64,000 nucleotides of DNA from an uncultured archaeon (GTDB taxonomy: Archaea; Thermoplasmatota; Penumbrarchaeia; JASLWR01): the NCBI GenBank assembly GCA_964342815.1, contig CAYFHS010000017.1:13302-77301 (forward strand), given 5' to 3'. This document shows, one piece after another, positions 1 to 8,500 of this stretch; position 1 is the stretch's first letter, and every line of letters starts with the position of its first letter. Below the pieces are notes generated by a model that saw only the letters and a program-made list of their open reading frames with translations, was not told where the DNA came from and did not search any database. The position numbers and the translations under genes are program-made.

Positions 1-1548
1 ACCGATGATCATTGCTAGAATGATCAGAGCAATGAACATGAAAAACATTTTCCTATTCTTCTTCAATGTTCCAAACATTGATCCATTCTCGGATCCATTC
101 GCCTTCTGCTTACCTCTGGAAACAAAAAGGAAAATCGCAATTATTAAAACAAGCAGAATACCCAGTATCAAAAATACGGTTCCCATGGAGAATTGCCCGT
201 CTGCTTCACTGCTCGAAACACCCTTCGAGATGGTGAAATCGTATATTGAAGAGCGCCCTTCCGCACCCAGACCTCCCGATTCGATCCCACTGCCATCGTA
301 CGCAAGGATCATCAAATATATATTACCCGAATCGCTGACTTCGATGGTGGTGCTTGCGGTGCTGTCTCCATATGCATAGCATACTCCGGCGTCATCGCAA
401 ACCTCCTCCCCGGTAAGATTCATCTCCGCATACGACCATCGCGTGGAATTGGGTGCTTCGAAATTGTAAAGCACTACTGCTTTTGAGATTCCGTCAATGT
501 CATCGATCTTTGCATTTACAGTTATTTTTCGGTCAACGACAGTATTGACCTTGGATATCACCGGCAGATCGTTCTCCCGGTCAAAGGCGCTGGACGCTGG
601 GTTTGCCGACTGAATACACCGCGGCACCTGGGCATTGTTACCCTGGTTGCCTTCCTGGGAACTGGTATCGTCGAGATCGTAAATTGCAGCGACGGCCGTA
701 AGGTTCCCTGGTCTGATAGGGACCTTTGCCTCAGGTATTTTCCATTCCACCGTGGTTATGAATGTGTCATCATTAGATAGGGTGAACTCCTGACCTTTTA
801 TCGCATAATCTCTAAAGACGTTTCGATTTATGACCATACGGCCCTCAACGGTACTGAAGGCCTCGACATTCTCTTCCACCATGAAAACATACAAACTTGC
901 TCGAAGCTGCTCATATGGCAGTATGGCATTGCTTCCGAGATAATGGACCTGAACATTGATTGCATAACTGTCTCCGTTATAAATTTGATCCACGAACAGA
1001 TCAACGTATTTGAAATTATTACCCAGCGATTGGAGAGGATGTCTCGGGTTGATATTTCGCTTGTATCGCTCCTTGGAATCCTCAACAGCCTGGACTGCAG
1101 TATTATAGTTCAGCGTTCCACCGGTCATTCCTCCCAGTTCGATATAACCACCGTCGAATTCCGTATCCGGCGTGCCGGACACACCCGGTTGATAATGCCG
1201 CATTCGTTCTTTCGAATCAGCAGTGGCAAGATCGTCCTCACCACCACCGTTCAACTCGTGAAAAACCACAAAATTGAATGGTTGTTCGGGATCTTCATAG
1301 TTCTCATCCCAAAGTTTATCAAGGTCATAGTGGGGCCCGTTCATGCATGACGGGCAGCTCAATCCAGTGAAGAACTCTATAAGCGGCCGGTGGCGGTATC
1401 CGGAAGGTGCGGGTATGTTTATCGTTGAATCCAAATCCGGGATATCATCGTATTCCTGTACAGACCCAGCTTGTATGGTGTTTATGAATATTGACAATAC
1501 CAGAATTAATAGAACAATAATTACGATTTTTGTAGCTTTTCTTTTCAT
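1..1548 (-). CDS. Secreted, membrane-anchored Omp28-like thioredoxin-fold (CxxC) protein; 3'-partial, runs off the window edge
   Basis: Absent from the ORF track because there is no stop in the window. Hand translation from ATG at 1548: MKRKATKIVIIVLLILVLSIF (signal) ...RPLIEFFTGLSCPSCMNGPH...FVVFHE...GTPDTEFDGG (Omp28-like), then a beta-rich region and hydrophobic helices (VFLILGILLVLIIAIFLFV; MFFMFIALIILAMIIG) at the edge. Frame spot-checked, not read end to end. Confidence 0.8.
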   Translation of the reverse strand, partial: MKRKATKIVIIVLLILVLSIFINTIQAGSVQEYDDIPDLDSTINIPAPSGYRHRPLIEFFTGLSCPSCMNGPHYDLDKLWDENYEDPEQPFNFVVFHELNGGGEDDLATADSKERMRHYQPGVSGTPDTEFDGGYIELGGMTGGTLNYNTAVQAVEDSKERYKRNINPRHPLQSLGNNFKYVDLFVDQIYNGDSYAINVQVHYLGSNAILPYEQLRASLYVFMVEENVEAFSTVEGRMVINRNVFRDYAIKGQEFTLSNDDTFITTVEWKIPEAKVPIRPGNLTAVAAIYDLDDTSSQEGNQGNNAQVPRCIQSANPASSAFDRENDLPVISKVNTVVDRKITVNAKIDDIDGISKAVVLYNFEAPNSTRWSYAEMNLTGEEVCDDAGVCYAYGDSTASTTIEVSDSGNIYLMILAYDGSGIESGGLGAEGRSSIYDFTISKGVSSSEADGQFSMGTVFLILGILLVLIIAIFLFVSRGKQKANGSENGSMFGTLKKNRKMFFMFIALIILAMIIG

Positions 1549-1638
1549 GTATAACCCGGCACATGGCATATTGTCAATGGTGAAAATCTCGATGACCCCT
1601 GCGGGCTCATCTGACTTTCCCGCAGGTATGCTGTAAAG

Positions 1639-1963
1639 TCTCGAAAGAAAGTCGAGATTTTCAGCTTAGCAATGTTAGCGGAATCTCGGCCCGTAGGAAA
1701 CAAAATGTTTCCGAGGGCTCAGCAATGCCGAAGGTATTGCGGAATATAGTGGGAGCCTGTAGGTTTCCGAAGGAAATCGAAGGCTCAGGTGCATTTTTAA
1801 TGCACCGGAATCTGACCGGACACTTGCGGGCACCTGTAGGAACCTGAAGGGTTCTGAAGGTGCAGTTGCATCTCGATGCAACGGAGTAAAACGGGCAGGT
1901 CAGATGTGCCGTCAGGTACATCGAGATGTAATGGGAGCCCGTAGGGTCGATTCCGCCGAATAT
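1639..1963 (+). repeat. Modular multi-hairpin element E1 (3 core units inside a closing stem); candidate structured ncRNA or REP/MITE-like element
   Basis: Closing stem GCGGAATC (1678-1685)/GATTCCGC (1949-1956). Core units start at 1689, 1755 and 1830: GCCC/GGGC, GCCT/AGGC and GCACCT/AGGTGC stems around GTAG...YGA, each followed by a second hairpin and CGGA(A/G)T. Upstream hairpin TCTCGA/TCGAGA. Confidence 0.75.
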
Positions 1964-2206
1964 AACACTGTTAAAGTTCGATAACAATTCTTTGATACAT
2001 TAATCTTTTTGCCCCAATGGATTCCATAGAATCGGTGCATTTTGGTCGTATTTCCATCTGGTTATCTCAATCTAGATTCGATCCGACTTTGGGTTATTAA
2101 TAAACTCCATCAACCAAAATAGTTATGTGTGAATCATGGCGAGAATATCATATTAAAATCAACATAAGAAGATGCAGTATACGATAAATATATTCGGCTC
2201 GTACTT

Positions 2207-2214
2207 TTTATATA
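2207..2214 (+). promoter_or_regulatory. Putative archaeal TATA box for the gene at 2291
   Basis: TTTATATA about 76 nt upstream of the ATG; AGGTGA Shine-Dalgarno-like motif at 2279-2284. Confidence 0.45.
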
Positions 2215-2290
2215 TCATGAACATTATTAATTTAGCCACAAATAATTCCCAACGAAAATAACAAAAAATAACATTAACAGGTGAATAAAT

Positions 2291-5200
2291 ATGAAGAACA
2301 GGAAAATCACAACTGGTTTCATAATAATCGGATTGTTTATAAGCGCTCTTACACTACTTGCCCCAACCGCAGTGGCAAAGGAGGAAACAAGGGCGGGTTC
2401 AGTAAATAACGTTGGTTTCAAAATTATCGAATGTACTCTTATACAAGGCAAATACGGACTTGGTTACTGGGAAATAAACGTTACGTTCACTGTTGCGGGC
2501 GACTCTGTAAACAATGCCAAAATAAAGGTCGAAGTTACAAGCCCCAACACCAATAATCAGGCCAATGAAACACCTGGGGGAACCTATTTACCGGGAAATC
2601 ATGATGTTCTCAACAGTATCTTTAATTTTTCAAAAGCAGATACGTACACTGTTAAAGCTACGGTTTCATATGACGGTGGAGGTCCAGCCACCCATCAGGA
2701 CGATCTTATCTTTCAGGAAGTGGTCGATTTTACTATCGATAATATCACTCTATATGAAGCACCGTATAACGCTGCAGGGGAATTCGGAATTCTAATGGCG
2801 AAGCCTCATATCATCAGTGCGGATATTACCAATATAGGCAATCACAAGTGCAGTGATATCAGCTCGAGATCAGGTACAAGACAAGAGGATGAGGGGTTGA
2901 CCTTCAACGTTACCGTCAAGACCGGTGGAAATCAAGAGAATGTTCAGCCCGGGGAATCCATGCTTGAGGGTTTCAAGTGTCCCGAACCGGGTGCAACCGT
3001 AAATCTGGTAGATGTCGACCTGAGATTCGAATGGCGTCCGTCGAAAGAGGCGACTTTCACCATCGAAATAAAGGTCACAGACGCGTGTACAGACACGACA
3101 AAGACGGGCTCGGACAATGTTGTGATTAAAAATTCCACCCAACTGGCAATGGATGGCGTGAAAACAGAGCCAATGGACTCTGTGCTCCAAGGTGAAGTCT
3201 TTGACATCATTGTCGACCTGAACACCTCCGGCAGCAATTGTGATCCGATGATCGAGGTAGGATTTGAGATCAAGGACGATGGAAATAACGTGGTATTCAA
3301 AAATAATATTACCCAAGCCATAGAACCAATGGCGGCAGGGGGAGGTGGGGGCGGTACCAGCGGCGCTTCCGCCATAATGCCGATATATTTCACCGATGTC
3401 ACCATAAATGATGCCGGTACCTATACCATATTCGCCTCGGTAACTGACCCCGTACTATCAGGTAGTACAAATATTGAAGTAACCCAGATCGCAAATGATC
3501 CACCCGTTATCCTAGATATGACAAACCAGGATAGCCTGCTATCACTCAGAAAAGACGATCCCGTGTATTTCAAGTTGAAGTTCACAGATACTTTGTATGC
3601 AGAGAACGTCCACTGCTGGGTAGGAATCGACGAGGGAGACCTGGAAATGACCTGTCAAACGGATGAGTATTTGAGGAATTATACCGCAGGTGAAATCTTC
3701 GAATATGAGTGGAGTGCAACAGGAGGGGAGAACAATTACACCATGAAGGTAACGGATGGCATTCTGAACGTCTCTACGAATGTTTTCAATTTCCATGTTC
3801 TGGATGTACCGCCCGGTTATGGAATGATAAAAGGCGTTGTACGAAACGAGACCTCTAGCGACCCCATATCGGGAGCTACTGTAAAAATCGAGAACAAGGC
3901 CAATGGGAACACCACGGAAGTCCTCACGAATGAGACGGGCCATTATCAAGCGAAACTGGTATACGGCGTATACAAGATACAGGTGTCCAAAGCTGGCTAC
4001 AATACTACTTCAACGGAATTCTCCATCGCGGACGGAAAAGACGTTGAGGAAAAGAACTTTCTGATGTCAGCTGAAGGAGTTGGACCCACCGAATACGGTT
4101 ATCTTGAAGGATATGTGAAAACCGTTGACGTTAACGGCTCGGAACATTTCATAGGCGGAGCCAGTATTAAACTCTCGGGCGCCGATGTCCACTGGGGTGA
4201 ATCCGAGAACGGTACTGGCGAATATCTTATCAAACCCATGTCAATTGGCATTCCCGTTGGTACATACCAGGTTTTGGTAAAGAAGACGGGTTATAAGGAC
4301 ATCGCGGATACCATAGTGATCAAGGCGGGCCAGAACCGGAAGGACTTTGACCTTGTACTAAAGGGAGACGACGATCCAGACCTCGATGATTCATTCGTAT
4401 TGACCATAATTGTCCTGTCCCCATACGATGCGCAAGTTCATATAGACGGAAATGCAATCGAAGTCGATATATCGGGCATGTATTATTTGACTCTCGCACG
4501 AGGTCCCCACTATGTCGAGGTTATCAAGTCAGGTTACGAAACATATAAAAATGACGAGATCGACCTTCTTTCGAATTCCCGCATAGAGGTTACCTTGAAG
4601 AAATTGGGCGGTGACGACGACGAAGACGACGATGAACCCCCGGTATCCGAGGATTCCATTAAGATAAAGGACAGCAACGGGAATCCCGTGGTGGGTGCCG
4701 TGATTGAATTCAAAATAGGTAATGATACTTATACAGCTACTACCGACAGTGATGGAATCGCCAAATTCAACAGGACCATCCCAAAGGGAACCCAAATAAC
4801 TATTACGACAAAGGATGGTGAAGAAAGACCCGGAACTGTTGGTGATGACAATATCTACACTTGGATGGTGGAAAGCAAGGATCCTGAAGCAAGCGATGAG
4901 GGGATATCCCCGACACTTATCTACATCATCATAGGAATAGTGGTGTTGGTTGTGATATTCATATTGGTTTTCATCATAATCAAGAAAAAGGGGAGCGGCG
5001 ACGATGATGACGATGATTATGAGGAAGACGATGAAGAGGAGTACGAGGAGGAGACAAGGAGTAGTGGGCCGGGTCCCTCCATTCCTGCTGTTACAACGGT
5101 CAGTATGGGTTCATGTACCAAATGCGGTACTGTAGTACCACAGGGAACAACATTCTGTCCCCAGTGCGGTAACAACATGAAAGCAGCTCCGCCTGCAACA

Positions 5201-5509
5201 CTACAGTGCAGAGGGTGCGGGACCCAGGTTAAGAAAGGGGTTGGTTTCTGTCCAAATTGCGGAATGAATATGACCCAAGGTCAATTACCAGTTGCAGGCA
5301 TGCAGCCCGGGGTACCGCAACTGCCTCAGCAAACCACCGTTCCCGGAGGATTCGGCCCGCAGGCAGCAGGAGCTCCACCGGTCCAACAGCAACAGCAGCA
5401 GGCGCTTCCACCTGGTCCGGCACAATCCAGCGGTCCATCTCTCGATGATCTCATGGCATCTGCAACCGTGGGTTCCAGCGAACCGCCATTACCACCGCCA
5501 CCCGAATAA
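2291..5509 (+). CDS. Large surface protein: signal peptide, Ig-like and carboxypeptidase-regulatory-like/PEGA domains, TM helix, cytoplasmic double zinc ribbon and Pro/Gln-rich tail
   Basis: 1072 aa; motifs GMIKGVVRNETSSDPISGATV and GYLEGYVKT; TM LIYIIIGIVVLVVIFILVFIII; CTKC..CPQC and CRGC..CPNC; poly-Q/P C-terminus. Confidence 0.9.
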   Translation: MKNRKITTGFIIIGLFISALTLLAPTAVAKEETRAGSVNNVGFKIIECTLIQGKYGLGYWEINVTFTVAGDSVNNAKIKVEVTSPNTNNQANETPGGTYLPGNHDVLNSIFNFSKADTYTVKATVSYDGGGPATHQDDLIFQEVVDFTIDNITLYEAPYNAAGEFGILMAKPHIISADITNIGNHKCSDISSRSGTRQEDEGLTFNVTVKTGGNQENVQPGESMLEGFKCPEPGATVNLVDVDLRFEWRPSKEATFTIEIKVTDACTDTTKTGSDNVVIKNSTQLAMDGVKTEPMDSVLQGEVFDIIVDLNTSGSNCDPMIEVGFEIKDDGNNVVFKNNITQAIEPMAAGGGGGGTSGASAIMPIYFTDVTINDAGTYTIFASVTDPVLSGSTNIEVTQIANDPPVILDMTNQDSLLSLRKDDPVYFKLKFTDTLYAENVHCWVGIDEGDLEMTCQTDEYLRNYTAGEIFEYEWSATGGENNYTMKVTDGILNVSTNVFNFHVLDVPPGYGMIKGVVRNETSSDPISGATVKIENKANGNTTEVLTNETGHYQAKLVYGVYKIQVSKAGYNTTSTEFSIADGKDVEEKNFLMSAEGVGPTEYGYLEGYVKTVDVNGSEHFIGGASIKLSGADVHWGESENGTGEYLIKPMSIGIPVGTYQVLVKKTGYKDIADTIVIKAGQNRKDFDLVLKGDDDPDLDDSFVLTIIVLSPYDAQVHIDGNAIEVDISGMYYLTLARGPHYVEVIKSGYETYKNDEIDLLSNSRIEVTLKKLGGDDDEDDDEPPVSEDSIKIKDSNGNPVVGAVIEFKIGNDTYTATTDSDGIAKFNRTIPKGTQITITTKDGEERPGTVGDDNIYTWMVESKDPEASDEGISPTLIYIIIGIVVLVVIFILVFIIIKKKGSGDDDDDDYEEDDEEEYEEETRSSGPGPSIPAVTTVSMGSCTKCGTVVPQGTTFCPQCGNNMKAAPPATLQCRGCGTQVKKGVGFCPNCGMNMTQGQLPVAGMQPGVPQLPQQTTVPGGFGPQAAGAPPVQQQQQQALPPGPAQSSGPSLDDLMASATVGSSEPPLPPPPE

Positions 5510-5575
5510 ATAATCCGCGGTCTTAATGGAATGACCAAACGGGAAAAATCCATAATCGAGGTTCTGGGAAAAATT

Positions 5576-8500
5576 TTATTCCGGTACCAATTCGGGCAAT
5601 TCATCCTCCTTTTCGCCCCCTGAGTCCCCGTGCCTATTTTTCAGGTCATCGAACCACGATCGTACTGATCGGCTAGCATCCCCTTCGACATTTGGATCAT
5701 CAACGGACGCTGCAGCAATATCCGCGTTCAGCGAATGCTCTTTTATATGAGGTTTATCTTTCTTTTCAGATACTTTATTTGAGGCAGCATTCTGAAACTT
5801 ATTTATCAGGAAGTCCAGTCGTTCCTTCGTCTTCCCGTTTAAAACCATCTGTTTATCCCCGCGTCCAGCTTCATTTACCATATCCTCTTTTTCGAATATC
5901 TTCTCCTTGGATTCTGGAACTGCGGCAGGCTCTTTAATATTTTGAGAGCTCACAACAATCCTCGGGAGCTTCGCTCCCCCAATATCCTCCGATTTAAGTT
6001 CTCGAATGATCCGGGGAGCCTTACTCTTTTTTGGCTTGCCGGACTCGGCTTTGACCTCTCGGATGATCTTCGGTAACTTTTTTTCCTTTTTCCCACCAGG
6101 CAATTCATCGTCCAAATAGTCAGGCTTCTTTCCCTCGAACTTCAAGAATGGTTTCTCCTGAAGCTCATAGGCTTGAAGAGATATTTCCTCCGGGAATTTC
6201 CCCTTTATCTCTTCGGATGGAAAAGCAGGCACGGAACCTGTTTCCACGGCGGTTAACTCCGGCAATAAAAGTTCGGGCTGAGGACTTTTTACAGCCGATC
6301 CCTGCCCAAAGGAATCAGGGAACTTTGGAACTATCATCGCACTTTCATCGATGATCTTGCCCGATTTCGAATATTTGAATCCCTTTTGAAATGATGGATC
6401 CGACGGAACAACCCTTCCGGTCTCATCCTTTGATGATTTTTTCTTCTGCCGCGAATAATCTATCTTTACTTCCCGGGGTTCCATATCCTCAATGATCGAC
6501 CTTTTCCTGCTCTTCCTCCTCGATATAACAATAAACAGCACAATTATGAACAACAATACGATCCCAATACCTCCCAACAAGTAGTAATACCAGCCTGAAA
6601 GTTGGCTCGAAACACTCCCGTCAACGCTCTCGCCCATCTGCTTTTCCTTTACTTTGATCTCCAGTAGTATGAAATCTCCGGGCTTCTCTTCTGAATCCCT
6701 CAACTGGAGCCGAGCGATGTATGTACCTGCCTGTGAATATGAATATGTGGTTTCCTCATTCTTTATCCATTCGGTTGTGTCACCATCGCCAAACACGAAA
6801 AGGAATTCTTCAGCTTCTTCACGGTGATTTATCGACCGAAACGTTACAATCTCTCCTACAACGGGCGTCTCCGGTATCACTATGAGATAAGCGTCGAGCC
6901 GGTTCTTTGTTGAAAGAACTGTCAGATTGTAGCTAATTTCAGAGGACCACAATCCATGGCTATCCTTTAATTTGAAATAAATGATATGTTCTCCTGCACT
7001 CAACGTTTTTTCGAATTCGGGATCATCTGATAGAAAACCATCCAACGAGGAACGCCATGAATACTCTTCAAACTGACCGCTGCCACCTGAACCACGGCCT
7101 CTAAAGGTTATTTCATCCTCTTCCTTTGGAAGGGCGGGCTCCATCAGCTCGATCCTCGCAACGGGAGCGCCTTCTTTCCCCTCTACCACCAGCAAGCTCT
7201 GGAAAGGAGGGGACAACCTAGCACCCGAATCCCTGACGCGGAGGCTGATGATATGGTGTCCAACGGAGAGTGATTTTATCTTGAACGAAGCGGTTCTTGC
7301 CAGCTCCCCGTCAATGTCTGAGAACCAGATATATTCCACGATCTCCCCGGTTTTTGCCTCACCGCGACCTATTAGCGCGACTTCCCCATCCTGGACGGAT
7401 GGATTTGGATGGATATTTTCGATAGATGCAGTTGGGGCTGCATCGGTATCCATGACCAAAAGCTCCTTCTTTACCTCGGCGGACCATAGGCTGGCCGAGT
7501 CCCTGACCGAAAAAAATATGACATGTCTTCCGGCGGTTAACGAGGAACTTGTGAAGGTGTCGCTACTCGAAAGCAAACCATCTCGATCGGAACGCCAGCG
7601 GAATTCAATGTGGATACCGGTTCCGCCATTTCCTTTTCCCATGAAAGAAACAGCTTCTCCCGTATACAATGGCGAAGGTGCGATGGAAATTATCTCTGCA
7701 ATGGGTGCATCGTCGTCCATCCTGATCGTTACAGAACCGGTAACTTCTGAGGACCAGCGTGCTTTACTGTCCTGAACCTTGAAATATATGATATGATCAC
7801 CGACAGAGAGGTTGTTGGCCATGAAGGCAGCTTTACCGGATATGGTTCCATCGATGTCGGAACGCCACATATACTTAATATAAGTGCCGCTGCCCCCTTT
7901 GGCTGAACCTTCGAAGGACACTTTTTCTCCGTAACTGCATTCTGCAGGTGAAATCGATTCTATTTGAGCAGTGGCGGCACCCGGATCGGCTTTTACAGTA
8001 AAGACCTGTGTGGCCGATTCACTCCAGACGCCGTGTGAATCCCCGCACTGGAAATAAATAGTATGAATTCCAACGGAAAGAGTCCCGGTAGAAAATTCCG
8101 CCATGTCTGATATATATCCGTCGATGGACGACTGCCATTTATATTCAGTTATCCCGCCGGTCCCACCAGTCCCGGCACCCGATAAGCTTACCTCACCGCC
8201 GTATGTAGTTGTCGATGGTGAGATACTTTTTATTATCGCTGTGGGTAGGGGATTAATGTCGATATCCACTGTGGTCGGCAAGGACCACACTCCAAGTCCG
8301 TCCCTGACCTTGAAAGAGACATGATATGTCCCTGCCTCCTCGTACCCATGTGAAGGGGAAGAACTTTGATCTGCGATGTCATCCCCGAAATCCCATTGAT
8401 ATTCTTTGATCCCGGCGGTACCTCTAGTACCAGAACCGGAGAACTGGATCTCCTCTGAGACCGTGGCGGGATTGAGGCTTACGGATTCCAAAACCGCAAG

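Noticed and set aside
1661-1987. Short ORFs (1661-1987, 1675-1881, 63644-63868) over the hairpin elements
   Set aside because: No recognisable motifs; they coincide with palindromic repeat DNA and are probably spurious.
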